Assembly: GCA_045647355.1 (NCBI GenBank)
Contig: JAZRMF010000005.1
Coordinates: 165,763 to 229,762, forward strand
Length of the DNA stretch: 64,000 nt
DNA from: Candidatus Enterousia sp.
GTDB taxonomy: Bacteria > Pseudomonadota > Alphaproteobacteria > Rs-D84
Direction: 5' to 3'
Made by a program: the position numbers and the translations under genes
Shown here: piece after piece, positions 40,961 through 51,566 of the stretch
How the letters are laid out: the number at the start of each line of letters is the position of its first letter
How positions within the stretch are numbered: the first letter of the stretch is position 1
The notes under the pieces: generated by a model
The model's input: only the letters and a program-made list of their open reading frames with translations
Told to the model about the DNA's origin: nothing
The model's database searches: none

Positions 40961-43423
40961 TTAATCACTATCACCACATGGGCGATTATGGATGGTTGTG
41001 ACAATATCCTGACAGGATTCAGCGCTACGATCGCACTTATAACGTGGTGATTGGTTCACACGAATTTCATATTTAATATCGGGTACCAATTCTGGCAAAT
41101 CTTGTTCGTAACGTTTGGCAAGTATTTCCGCAAAGCCCGCTGGATTTGAATCAACGGTTATGCATTGCATTTCGGCATTTGTGGTATCCTCTTTAAGGAA
41201 CTTTACAACCTGTGTAACATCGCCCTTTATTGTATCTTCAACTGTTTTTTCAGATGTTGTTTCTTCCCCAGTTACTTTGTTTTTGCTTTTTACTGTTCGT
41301 ATTGGTGCATCAAATTCCGTAGATTCCATAGATGCAAAGAACCATGTCCACGGGTATGCGATTACCGCCGAAACCTGACCACCTGGATTACGCCCAGGGC
41401 GCCCATTTTCCGCGTTTACCACTTCTTCGCCTGCTTCGGGTTCTGTGACTTCTTCATCTGTTTCAGTTATCTCTTCATCTGTTTCAGTGGTTTCGCCTTC
41501 GGGGTTGGTGAGTGTTCCCATCGCGCCCCCCAGCGCAGTTCCAAGTCCACCACCGATACCATCCGTATTTCTTACACCATCTAAAATGTCACCAAGGCCG
41601 GTTCCATCACCGCCACTTTTTTTACCATTTATTAACATATCCCCGGCAATGCCACCAACAATACCCGCACCCGCCGCGATTAACCCCGTTTTAAGATTCT
41701 TGGCCGTCTTTTCTTTTTGCGCATTCCATTCGGCGGCATCTTTACCTTCGGGGTCGGTTAATGCACGTGACAATGATGTAAATGCACCATCGGTTATACC
41801 CGTTGATGCGTATTTATATAACCCACTTTCCGCTTTATCATATACAACTTCTTGTTCTATGCCTGGGCGCATCCCCAATGCCTTTTTCACATTTTTCAAA
41901 CTGTCCGCCAATGATTTATATTCGCTGTAATACCCCAACAGTTCATTTCCCCCCGGCAGAGTTATTTCTTCATTACCGGCCTTGGATGATTGTCCTTTGC
42001 CGTATTCACAACGGAACGTGGCAAGGTACGCCGACATATCTTGTTCGGCGGCTTCGTCCGCCTGTTTTTCAGAATACGCAGATGCCGCGGTCATTAATCC
42101 CAAACCCGTTGCCGCCGTAGATGCCGCCGTTAATGTACGGTTCGCCAACGATTGTTCGTTTTCTTTGGCGGCCTTGTAACGTTCTATCAACGCGGTTAGA
42201 CGATCACTGGTAACCTGATGTTCTGCAACCCGCCCTATAAAGGCCAATGCATTGGCATTAGAGTTGCCAGCATTTGGTAACGCGGTCAATATATTTGTCT
42301 CTTGTGTTTGTAAAGTCTGGGTTAATTCATCAATATCGCCTTGTGTTGGCACCCGTTGAGATTGGCTAATGCCGTCGATAACACCGCCCGCAAGAGATAC
42401 CAATGCGTTATTGCCGCCCCCCTGGGCGATGGCCGACAATCCCCCCGAGCCCTGGCCTGATGTTACACCGGCGGAACCGCCACCGCTTTGGCCACCCGTG
42501 GCGGGGTATTTTTGTTTCCATTTATTAACCGCGCTTATAAATTGTTTTGCCGATGCCATATAATCAGTGTTTTTGCTGTCAATCAATGAATCTGTGCCAT
42601 ATGAACACACACCATAAAGTTTATTGCCCGCGATATAACCACCACCACTGTTACCAGGCCAATTATCACAGGTTGTGGCAAGGATGTCTGGATGTTTGGC
42701 AGCCCGTCTTAAATATTGACCATTACATGCCGGTGTGAGGTTTCCAGAACAATCTTCGAAAACGATATTACACTCACTGGCCTTTAGCCGATCGGTATCA
42801 CCAAACAACCCCATTAATAAAATCCCTTTCTCAGATAACTGGTCTTCGAAATTTCTTAATATATCTTCAAATGATCTTTCTTTGCTGGTCGTCAGGTTGG
42901 TTTCACCTAGAACCTCTCTTATTGTATTAAGTTCTCGTTCACTAAGTACCTTGACATAACCATAACCGGCGTTTATAACACCCGTGATTGTTTGTTTCGG
43001 ATCGGTTGGATCAAAAAATGTATCACCATAATATTGGGGGTCTTCAACTAAAAATATCGCCCAGTCCCCCGGCTTGTACATCTCTTTGTACCCTGTTTCC
43101 AGTAACTTTACTTTGAATTCCTGTTTTTTATAATTAGAGGCTTTAAATTCTATTGGTTTATCATTGGTACAATGTCCCGCCGATAGTATCAAATTTTTCG
43201 CAATATATTGCCCCGTACATACATAAGCGTTACTAGGACCAACCACTTCTTTTAATCGCACAAAACTGTTGTATGGCGGTTTTGCCCAATCAGAATCACT
43301 AACATAATAACGATTATCTGTATCACCGACGCCACAGACGGCGGGTGTGCAAACCATCACAGCAAAAACAAACGAAAAAAGAACGCGTAAAAAGTGCACT
43401 TTCCCCCTCTTGGATATTTTCAA
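40961..43423 (-). CDS. Secreted 820-aa protein: trypsin-like (S1) serine protease domain plus shared ~200-aa module plus acidic Thr/Glu-rich C-terminal region
   Basis: Signal peptide. TGQYIAKNLILSAGHC (His site), GDWAIFLV (Asp), DNWPGNSGGG (Ser site). Confidence 0.6.
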   Translation of the reverse strand: MKISKRGKVHFLRVLFSFVFAVMVCTPAVCGVGDTDNRYYVSDSDWAKPPYNSFVRLKEVVGPSNAYVCTGQYIAKNLILSAGHCTNDKPIEFKASNYKKQEFKVKLLETGYKEMYKPGDWAIFLVEDPQYYGDTFFDPTDPKQTITGVINAGYGYVKVLSERELNTIREVLGETNLTTSKERSFEDILRNFEDQLSEKGILLMGLFGDTDRLKASECNIVFEDCSGNLTPACNGQYLRRAAKHPDILATTCDNWPGNSGGGYIAGNKLYGVCSYGTDSLIDSKNTDYMASAKQFISAVNKWKQKYPATGGQSGGGSAGVTSGQGSGGLSAIAQGGGNNALVSLAGGVIDGISQSQRVPTQGDIDELTQTLQTQETNILTALPNAGNSNANALAFIGRVAEHQVTSDRLTALIERYKAAKENEQSLANRTLTAASTAATGLGLMTAASAYSEKQADEAAEQDMSAYLATFRCEYGKGQSSKAGNEEITLPGGNELLGYYSEYKSLADSLKNVKKALGMRPGIEQEVVYDKAESGLYKYASTGITDGAFTSLSRALTDPEGKDAAEWNAQKEKTAKNLKTGLIAAGAGIVGGIAGDMLINGKKSGGDGTGLGDILDGVRNTDGIGGGLGTALGGAMGTLTNPEGETTETDEEITETDEEVTEPEAGEEVVNAENGRPGRNPGGQVSAVIAYPWTWFFASMESTEFDAPIRTVKSKNKVTGEETTSEKTVEDTIKGDVTQVVKFLKEDTTNAEMQCITVDSNPAGFAEILAKRYEQDLPELVPDIKYEIRVNQSPRYKCDRSAESCQDIVTTIHNRPCGDSD
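41655..42175. repeat. Copy 2 of the ~520-bp direct repeat
   Basis: See 38440..38960. Confidence 0.7.
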
Positions 43424-43497
43424 TGGATTATAAGAAAATTTACAATTTTATGTCAACAAAAAACGGACACTTTTGCATCCGTTTTTATTGTTTCCTA

Positions 43498-45612
43498 TTA
43501 TGCAGCCAATACACCTACAGACATTGTTATGCGTCTAATACCACTGCTGATAGATTTTTCTTTATTTATTTTGGCACGAATAATTTCGCCGGTATGATTA
43601 ATGTGTGTTCCACCGCACAATTCGCATGATACATCGCCCGCTGTTATTACACGCACGACATCGCCATACTTTTCACCAAACAATGCCATAGCACCGCGTT
43701 GTTTTGCCGCATCGATTGACATTTCTTCGTGCGTAACGATCATATCCGCATTTATCCATTCATTGACCAGATTTTCAACTGCTGTCTTTTCTTCGTCGGT
43801 CATTGCACGACCAAACGAAAAGTCAAAACGAACAGAATCTGGTGCAACCTTAGACCCACGTTGTTCAACATCGGTATTCAAAACCCTGCGTAATGCCGCC
43901 TGCAATAAATGCGTTGCCGTATGTGCACGTGCGGTTTGTGTACGGTTTTGCATATTTACAATTGTTTTAACCGTATCGCCCACAGAAACCTTGCCAACCA
44001 CGGTTCCACGATGCAAAACGATATTGTTTGCACGCGCGGCCTCGGTCACATTAAGGACGGTCGTATCACCAATTTTTAATTCGCCCATATCGCCGACCTG
44101 GCCACCCTGGGTACCATAGAAATTGGTTTTATCCAATGCAACCTCTACCGTGTCGCCTTCATTTGCAGAATCAACAAATTCGCCGTCACGTAATATCGCC
44201 AAAACCTTGGATTCCATGGTTTCGTCCGGCGCATATTTTGATTTGTCATCGGTCGCAGGCAATTCACCACGCGATTCCCAAAATGTTTTTGTTCCGCGTG
44301 TATCGGCGCGACCGCGTTCTTTTTGTGCGGCCATTTCCGATTCAAAACCCGCGACATCAACACTGATATTTTTATCACGCAAAATCATTTGTGTTAAATC
44401 AAGTGGAAACCCATACGTGTCAAATAATTTGAAGGCGACCGTACCCGGCAAGATTCCATTTTGAACCTTTGGTACTTCGTTATCCAATAATTTCATACCG
44501 TTGTTCAGCATATCCGCAAAGGAGTTTTCTTCGTTATTTATAACCTCTATAACATGAGATTGATTCTGAACCAATTCTGGATATGCGGCGCCCATTTCCG
44601 CCACCAATGCCGGATATAATTTCGACAGTAACGCACCCGAATGTCCCAATAATTGTCCATGGCGCATTGCACGACGTAATATGCGACGAATCACATATCC
44701 ACGGTCGCTATTTGATGGAATTACACCATCCGCAATCGCAAAACCAACAGAACGTAAATGGTCGGTAATAACCTTGAAACTGGTTCTATTTTCCGCCGTT
44801 TCCACGACACCAGTCACATCACTGACCGCACGTTTAAGGTTCACAAATAAATCTGTATCATAATTATCCGTCTTGCCCTGGAGCATTGCCGCCCAGCGTT
44901 CCAACCCCGCACCAGTATCAACATTTTTATTTGGTAAATCGGTCAGATTGCCATTTGCATCGCGGTTATATTGCATGAAAACATCGTTCCATATTTCGAC
45001 ATAACGTCCACCGTCTTCATCTGGGCTGCCCGGTAATCCCCCCGGCACATCTTCACCAAAATCATAAAAGATTTCACTGCACGGGCCACATGGACCGGTA
45101 TCACCCGCCGACCACCAATTATCTTTGCCAAGACGAATGGCCTCTTTGCCCGCAATTTTTTTCCACAATGTTGCGGCCTCGTCATCGGTTTCGTGTGCGG
45201 TCACAACCAATCTGTTTGGATCAATGCCAATAACGTTGGTCAATAAATCCCATGACATTTCCAATGCGCCTTCTTTGAAATAATCGCCAAAAGACCAATT
45301 ACCCAACATTTCAAAGAAAGTATGATGCCGCCCGTCAACACCGACATCTTCTAAATCGTTGTGTTTTCCACCGGCACGAATACACTTTTGAACGTCGGCA
45401 ACACGCGGGGCGGGTGCAGCTTCGGTTCCAAGGAATATATTCTTCCACGGCACCATACCGGCAACCGTAAACAAAACCGTTGGGTCATTTGGAATTAACG
45501 ATGCAGACGGAACAATTTTATGTCCATGTGATTCAAAATAATTCAAAAACAATTTTCTTATATCATTGTATGTCATTTTTGCCCCTTTTATGTTGTGGAG
45601 ATTATAGCGCAT
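43498..45612 (-). CDS. alaS: Alanyl-tRNA synthetase, short form lacking the C-terminal C-Ala (DHHA1) domain; start probably 45576
   Basis: N-terminal MTYNDIRKLFLNYFESHGH. Editing-domain motifs HTATHLL and CGGTH. The protein ends ~40 aa after CGGTH. Confidence 0.8.
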   Translation of the reverse strand: MRYNLHNIKGAKMTYNDIRKLFLNYFESHGHKIVPSASLIPNDPTVLFTVAGMVPWKNIFLGTEAAPAPRVADVQKCIRAGGKHNDLEDVGVDGRHHTFFEMLGNWSFGDYFKEGALEMSWDLLTNVIGIDPNRLVVTAHETDDEAATLWKKIAGKEAIRLGKDNWWSAGDTGPCGPCSEIFYDFGEDVPGGLPGSPDEDGGRYVEIWNDVFMQYNRDANGNLTDLPNKNVDTGAGLERWAAMLQGKTDNYDTDLFVNLKRAVSDVTGVVETAENRTSFKVITDHLRSVGFAIADGVIPSNSDRGYVIRRILRRAMRHGQLLGHSGALLSKLYPALVAEMGAAYPELVQNQSHVIEVINNEENSFADMLNNGMKLLDNEVPKVQNGILPGTVAFKLFDTYGFPLDLTQMILRDKNISVDVAGFESEMAAQKERGRADTRGTKTFWESRGELPATDDKSKYAPDETMESKVLAILRDGEFVDSANEGDTVEVALDKTNFYGTQGGQVGDMGELKIGDTTVLNVTEAARANNIVLHRGTVVGKVSVGDTVKTIVNMQNRTQTARAHTATHLLQAALRRVLNTDVEQRGSKVAPDSVRFDFSFGRAMTDEEKTAVENLVNEWINADMIVTHEEMSIDAAKQRGAMALFGEKYGDVVRVITAGDVSCELCGGTHINHTGEIIRAKINKEKSISSGIRRITMSVGVLAA

Positions 45613-46415
45613 TATGCTGCACGTGCAACAATTTTTGCCGCGGATTCAAAAGTTTTTAAAAATCTTTTGATTGTTTCATTTATCATTGCCTGGGCATTGG
45701 CACCAACGGGTGTCCGACGTCCGTATTTTACCGGCGCATGTCCCATTTTAATGGCAACGTAATTCGTTTGATTCATATATATCGGCGACATATCCGGATG
45801 GCGCAGTTGCATAAACGCCTTTAATGCCAGCCATAAAACCTGGGCAATCGGCACACGATAACGCGTATGGCGCAAATCACGATTTAATTTTGGCAATATT
45901 TCAGTTATGAAATCGGCAAATTCGTCCAACACACACCGACGTATGATTGTACCGGTAATCTCAAAGTGCGGACCGTTATTTCCCTGGCCGCCACCGTTTA
46001 CCCACGAGGGCGTAATTTTGAATATGTCGGTAATGTTATCGCTGATGGTTGTTGCATTTTGCACAATCGCAAAAATATTTTCTGTGACATTTGGCACACC
46101 TGCATCCAACAAGACATCGTCTGCATCCAAGAATACAATCCAATCACATAAAATTTTCAACCCGCGCATAGATTTAACCGCGTTAATGCGTGATTCAAAT
46201 TCGCCATAATTTTTATCTGCATTTATTATATGTAATGGGCCGCGCCATCCCATTCTGCGCAACATACGACGTTCAATATTCTGATTCGGATTATCATTAT
46301 AAATAATCAATGTAAATGCACGCCCAATCTTGACCAACGCTGGGACTGATATACGCAATGCATTAGCATCCATCACAGTTATAACAACGGCAAGATTGGT
46401 TTTCGATTTGAACAT
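45612..46415 (-). CDS. Putative glycosyltransferase (DxD motif FLDADD)
   Basis: 267 aa. DADD motif after a hydrophobic strand. Confidence 0.45.
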   Translation of the reverse strand: MFKSKTNLAVVITVMDANALRISVPALVKIGRAFTLIIYNDNPNQNIERRMLRRMGWRGPLHIINADKNYGEFESRINAVKSMRGLKILCDWIVFLDADDVLLDAGVPNVTENIFAIVQNATTISDNITDIFKITPSWVNGGGQGNNGPHFEITGTIIRRCVLDEFADFITEILPKLNRDLRHTRYRVPIAQVLWLALKAFMQLRHPDMSPIYMNQTNYVAIKMGHAPVKYGRRTPVGANAQAMINETIKRFLKTFESAAKIVARAA

Positions 46416-46493
46416 AATTAAATTGTAAATAAAACTTACAAAAATTGCAATTAGTTAGTTATTTGTGATATAATAGATGTACGGAGTAGGAAA

Positions 46494-46979
46494 ATGGCAA
46501 TGAAAACGCCAATGGTTTCGGCGATAGTTTTTTTTACCATCGTGTTGCTGATGGCATCTTTTGGGTTTTCTTTGGACAGCCCCACACCGATGGTATTACC
46601 CGAATCGATGCGTGGCGAGGCAATATTCGTATGTCCCGCCGCAAGCAGTTTCTGGGATGCATTGGCGCATGGGTTCGGCAGGTTTAGCCACTTTCTACTT
46701 ATATTTTTCTTTTTTGGCATGATTGTATTGGCGTTTTTCTGGGGATGGGCACTGTACCAAAACCTGTTGCAAGACAAATTCAAACGTGAAGATTTCGCCA
46801 AAGTATGGGGTTTTACCAAGATACTATTTTGGGCTGGTGTGATACTTGTAATAGTATTACACACACCGAATCATTACAAACGCGTTGAAATTCGTGGTGC
46901 GACGGGTGAATATGTTATGTGCGAAAATACCAGCGATGGTGTACGTGCCGTACCAATAAATTTGGTGGAATCAAAATAA
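46494..46979 (+). CDS. Hypothetical membrane protein (161 aa)
   Basis: Multiple hydrophobic segments. Confidence 0.4.
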   Translation: MAMKTPMVSAIVFFTIVLLMASFGFSLDSPTPMVLPESMRGEAIFVCPAASSFWDALAHGFGRFSHFLLIFFFFGMIVLAFFWGWALYQNLLQDKFKREDFAKVWGFTKILFWAGVILVIVLHTPNHYKRVEIRGATGEYVMCENTSDGVRAVPINLVESK

Positions 46980-47155
46980 TTTTACGATTTTTATAATTTG
47001 GTCTTGACTTAAAAGGCGGAATTCTCTACGATTCGTTTAGGCGTTTCGGGCAATGCCCTTGGAAATTGCTTGGTTGCGTGTTGCAATTTGATTTTCATGG
47101 GCATTGCCGCTAGAAGCGTTGGGACACCTTTAAAAAATATTGAAAGGAGAATATA

Positions 47156-47428
47156 ATGAATAAACAACAGTTGATTGAAGCAATCGCGAACGAAGTCGAA
47201 GTTACCAAAGCAACAGCTGCGGCATGCTTGGATGCGTTCATTAACACTGTTACAAAAGTGTTGAAAAAGAAAGGCGATGTTCGCTTGGTCGGTTTTGGTA
47301 CATTCACAACCGCAAAGCGCAAAGCAACAACAGGCCGCAACCCACAAACTGGTGCTGCGATTAAGATTCCGGCCTCTACTCAGCCGAAATTTAAACCTGG
47401 CAAAGCTTTGAAAGATGCTTTGAACTAA
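47156..47428 (+). CDS. hup: DNA-binding protein HU
   Basis: MNKQQLIEAIA...RLVGFGTFTTAKRKATTGRNPQTGAAIKIPASTQPKFKPGKALKDALN. Confidence 0.85.
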   Translation: MNKQQLIEAIANEVEVTKATAAACLDAFINTVTKVLKKKGDVRLVGFGTFTTAKRKATTGRNPQTGAAIKIPASTQPKFKPGKALKDALN

Positions 47429-47551
47429 AGAAAACACTTTTAATTTCATTCCAAAACACCGCGATTGCGGTGTTTTTTGTTGTCTGGGTACAAAAGGAAA
47501 ACGGTTGCAATTGCAACCGTTTCCAATAACCAATTACACTATCAATATTCA

Positions 47552-48793
47552 TTATTTCGCAAATGAATATTCCATCTTTAAATGGTCGGCATCATACGTT
47601 TTATTCATAATGCCAAGTGTATCTTCGACAATAACGATTTCTTCGTTTGTTGGAATCATGAATACTTTGACCGGGCTATCAGGTGTGCTGATTTCTGATT
47701 CGCCGGCATCCAAGCGTGCCAAAGCCTTTTCATTTTTATCCATATCGATTTTGATTCCCAATTCTTGCAAACCTTCACAGAATTTACCGCGCAGGTACGC
47801 ATCGTTTTCACCAACACCAGCAGTAAAGACCAATGCATCAACATGGCCCAGTTCCGCCATGAATGCACCAATGTATTTTTTCACGCTGTGGATTTCCATT
47901 GCCAACGACAATTTACAATCAGGATTAGATTCACGATTGCCTTCGACATCACGACGATCCGCAAAGCATTTTGTGATACCCAAATGCCCAGAATCTTTAT
48001 TCAAATGTTTTGTCATTTGTTCAGGGCTTAATTGTAATTTTTCCATCACGTATAACAACGCGCCCGCGTCAACGTCGCCCGGACGTGTTCCCATCATCAA
48101 TCCTGCGGTTGGGGTCATACCCAATGTAGTATCAACCGCGCGACCATTTTTAATCGCAACACCCGATGCACCTGAACCAATATGCATTGTGATTAAATTA
48201 CACTCAGATGCCGGTTTACCAAGCATAACCGCCGCACGTTTGGAAACGTACAGATGGCTGGTTCCGTGAAAGCCATAGCGACGCACACCCAATTCACGAT
48301 ACCACGCATCCGGCACCGCATAACGATACGCGTATTCTGGCATAGTCTGCAAGAACGCAGTGTCGAACACGGCGACCTGGGTTGCGTTTGGCAACATTTG
48401 ACGTGCACTTTCAATTCCCATTAATGATGCCGGAATATGCAACGGCATCAAATCGCGCCAGTTTTGAATTTCACGCATAACTTCGTCATTTATTTCAACC
48501 GAAGACGCGAACTTGGAACCGCCCATAACAACGCGGTGGCCAACACCCTTGATTTCGTTCATATCGATGGATGCTTCGCGCAACATACCCATAACGACAT
48601 TTAATGCCTCGTTATGATTTTTCATTTCGGTTTCTTTCTTTTGCTTGGTACCGTCTGGATATTTTTGAGTAATGAAAGAATCCGCACTGCCGATTTTTTC
48701 AACATTACCACCGACGATTTGCTTTTTAGAATCTGCATCAAAGATTTGATATTTCAAACTGGATGAACCACAGTTCAATGCCATAATATACAT
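47552..48793 (-). CDS. ackA: Acetate kinase
   Basis: ALNCGSSSLKYQIFD N-terminal ASKHA motif. 413 aa. Confidence 0.85.
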   Translation of the reverse strand: MYIMALNCGSSSLKYQIFDADSKKQIVGGNVEKIGSADSFITQKYPDGTKQKKETEMKNHNEALNVVMGMLREASIDMNEIKGVGHRVVMGGSKFASSVEINDEVMREIQNWRDLMPLHIPASLMGIESARQMLPNATQVAVFDTAFLQTMPEYAYRYAVPDAWYRELGVRRYGFHGTSHLYVSKRAAVMLGKPASECNLITMHIGSGASGVAIKNGRAVDTTLGMTPTAGLMMGTRPGDVDAGALLYVMEKLQLSPEQMTKHLNKDSGHLGITKCFADRRDVEGNRESNPDCKLSLAMEIHSVKKYIGAFMAELGHVDALVFTAGVGENDAYLRGKFCEGLQELGIKIDMDKNEKALARLDAGESEISTPDSPVKVFMIPTNEEIVIVEDTLGIMNKTYDADHLKMEYSFAK

Positions 48794-48894
48794 ATTCTTT
48801 CCTTTTGGTTGAATTAATTTCTGCCCAAAAGGTTAGCACCCGCGCACGCAGATTTCAACACAAAAATCCCCACCAAACGGTGGGGAAATTAAAA

Positions 48895-51474
48895 TTATGA
48901 AAAAGTATAACCTCTAAGTTTTTGTTCGTATAATTGCGCAACAAGATCCTTATTCTGCTCTTGAATCTTGGATGCACGTCTTGGGCCAAATCGCGTCAAG
49001 GATGGATCTTGCAATGTATCCCAATATGCCATAAGTTGCTTGAATACATCTGGGTGCTTATCATCCCATTCGTCGATCTTTTTCTGACGCGCGTCAATCT
49101 GCGTTTGTGCGGCTTCGATATCCGCGGTTGCCTTGGTATAGTCGTCAATATGCTGTTGCCGTTCAGCGATTTTATTTTGCGTATCACTAAGGTCGTTCTG
49201 GGCATCAGTATAACCAGTATACCCCGTCGCACCATAAATATAATTGGTTATACTTTCTAAATTAGCCGCCCTAAGCCCTGGGTGGAATAAATCAAAATCA
49301 GAACGTCCGCCAATCATACTTAAATCTAATTTACCTCTATCACCAATGCCACGCAAATCTTCTTTCAATTTATCGCGCTTGGCTTCAATTTGTTGTAACT
49401 TTGCCGTTTCTTGGGTTGGTGTAAAACCACCGGTGGTAACCGCAAGTTCATCAGCATCCAACTGTTCCAAATCTTCATATATGCGTTGTGCACTGGATAA
49501 AGAACTTATTAATTGGTTATACTCATCAACCCTATTTTGGCGTACGTATTCTTCGGGCTTAAGAACAGTGTTTATATCGCTTTCGGCACTGCGTAACATT
49601 TCTTCGGGGGTGCCCGCATATCCCAAACCCGTTAATCCCGCAGTAGCGGTTCCCCTTTTGGCATTGCCTTTATCCAACGACTTTTTAAATTCCGATTGCG
49701 TGGCCGGGTCTGTTGATACGTCAGCGTCATGCGCAGCCTGAGCCGCCGCCTTGTCCGCGGTATTTTGTGCTTCCCAATCTTCGTGCGCTTTACGCATTTT
49801 ATTACTGGTAAATCGACCATTAAATCTCATATTACGACGACGGAATCTGTTAACCACAAACGCCGCGCCACGACCAATTCCCATACATGCGGCACGGAAT
49901 GTTTTGTCTATGGCATTGGTAACAAATTTGACACCTTCGTTTTTATTCCAAGATAATTTTTCATTTCCAAAGATATCAAATAAATCTTTATCTTCTTTAA
50001 GGGTATCCATTATTTTGCTGGTGGTATTGCCATACTTAATAACATGCAACAACTCCATCGCAATTTTTGCTTTTTCTACGGTTTCTGGTTTTCCATCTGC
50101 GGCGGCACGCATTGCAAGTTCCGATGCCAAATTGCGCAGTTTGCGACCACTTTTTAATGCGTCTTTTAGGGTGCTTTCCATATCTGGGTCGCCTTGGAAT
50201 TCTTTTAATGCGTCCCCAAGCCACCCAAACGCCGCCGCGGCCTTTGGGTTTGTAACACTCAATGCCTTTTGAATTTTGTCGGAATTTTCAACAAGTTTAT
50301 TTAAATCATCGGTGGTTTTAATTTTTGCTTTGTCCATTTGTTTTACAATGGCACCGACCTCGTCTGGGTGTTCAAAAATTCTGGTACCACGCAATTCTTC
50401 GTATTTCTTGAAATAATCATCATACGTATCACCGGCCCATTTTTGAATTTGTTCGGCCAATGTCTGCTCTTTTTCGTGTTTCGGCGCGATGTAATTTGCA
50501 GAATCTGTTTTATCATAATCGACATCTGTTTTCGCCTTGGTAATGGCGCTTGTGATTGGTTTATCGCCACCTTCTTTGGCTTCAAATGCCGCGAAAACAT
50601 CTTCATTAGAATATATTTCTTCGAAGAAATCAAAATAATGATTTTTAAAATTATCGACCTGGGCGGCACTATTGATTGTGGTACTCCACCCATAATATTC
50701 ATTCGAGATAATATTTAAATTTTTATCACGCACATAGTCTTCAAGTTTGGTTGCCGGCGCAAATTCTCGCTGTACAACCCTGTCCAAGGCCCGTTTAACA
50801 GAATCTTCTGCATTGGATAATTTAGATGAGATTTCAATGATTTTCTTGCGGAATTCGGCATCGGTATTATATTTTTTATCGGTGACTTTGCGGCGCAAAC
50901 TTGGCAGTTCGGCACCAGAAATTCCAAGGGATGATAATACATATGAATCTGTAACTTTTTCTAGCAAATCAACCATAGATTCAATGGCCGTTTCGGTCGT
51001 GGCCTGTGCCGTCATTGTATCTGAAGACACATCGTCAAAAAAGTGGGCATTATCTGCAATAAACTGTATAACCGAATTTTTATACCCCGCATATGCCGCC
51101 GTATCATGTTTCATTTGATACCATGTGTCACGGCAAATATTGTATAAATCTTCCCATTCTTTGTCACCCAAATCACCGAATGCCGGGTAATCTTTAACTT
51201 TAAGGAATCCGTTTTTGGCGGTTGGGGGTTCACGAACAAATGGGTCTTCAGGATTCGGCCCCGTTCTTTCAAGGAATTTAGCCCATTTACGTTGGTCATC
51301 ATTCAATTTATCGGATGCCGCCGTGCCGGAACCAACAAGGTCACTAAAACGTTGCCACTGCTCGGTGTGCTGGACACGCCATTCGTTCATACGCTGGGTT
51401 TTAAATACTTTTTCCAAAAAATCTGACGTTGCCGACATACGTGTCCCCTTTGGTTGTGCCACCACACACACCAC
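48895..51474 (-). CDS. Large hypothetical protein (859 aa; probable start 51438 after AAGGGGA), charged and coiled-coil-rich; effector-like orphan
   Basis: Intact ORF with no motifs recognised. Confidence 0.45.
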   Translation of the reverse strand: MVCVVAQPKGTRMSATSDFLEKVFKTQRMNEWRVQHTEQWQRFSDLVGSGTAASDKLNDDQRKWAKFLERTGPNPEDPFVREPPTAKNGFLKVKDYPAFGDLGDKEWEDLYNICRDTWYQMKHDTAAYAGYKNSVIQFIADNAHFFDDVSSDTMTAQATTETAIESMVDLLEKVTDSYVLSSLGISGAELPSLRRKVTDKKYNTDAEFRKKIIEISSKLSNAEDSVKRALDRVVQREFAPATKLEDYVRDKNLNIISNEYYGWSTTINSAAQVDNFKNHYFDFFEEIYSNEDVFAAFEAKEGGDKPITSAITKAKTDVDYDKTDSANYIAPKHEKEQTLAEQIQKWAGDTYDDYFKKYEELRGTRIFEHPDEVGAIVKQMDKAKIKTTDDLNKLVENSDKIQKALSVTNPKAAAAFGWLGDALKEFQGDPDMESTLKDALKSGRKLRNLASELAMRAAADGKPETVEKAKIAMELLHVIKYGNTTSKIMDTLKEDKDLFDIFGNEKLSWNKNEGVKFVTNAIDKTFRAACMGIGRGAAFVVNRFRRRNMRFNGRFTSNKMRKAHEDWEAQNTADKAAAQAAHDADVSTDPATQSEFKKSLDKGNAKRGTATAGLTGLGYAGTPEEMLRSAESDINTVLKPEEYVRQNRVDEYNQLISSLSSAQRIYEDLEQLDADELAVTTGGFTPTQETAKLQQIEAKRDKLKEDLRGIGDRGKLDLSMIGGRSDFDLFHPGLRAANLESITNYIYGATGYTGYTDAQNDLSDTQNKIAERQQHIDDYTKATADIEAAQTQIDARQKKIDEWDDKHPDVFKQLMAYWDTLQDPSLTRFGPRRASKIQEQNKDLVAQLYEQKLRGYTFS

Positions 51475-51566
51475 TATTATAGTACAAATTTACCGTAAAT
51501 TCAAGGGATGGACGCGGATTTTTTCCATAATGACAATATGGCAAAGCATGCGATACAATTTCGTCC

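Noticed and set aside
38437-42179. Plus-strand ORFs (38437..38718, 38770..39123, 41445..41930, 41982..42179, etc.) inside the two giant minus-strand genes
   Set aside because: These are antisense frames of long, motif-rich minus-strand genes. They were used only as evidence of the DNA-level repeat.
47009-47533. 174-aa minus-strand ORF
   Set aside because: It fully overlaps the well-supported HU gene (47156..47428) on the opposite strand and has no RBS or motif support. Judged to be a spurious antisense ORF.
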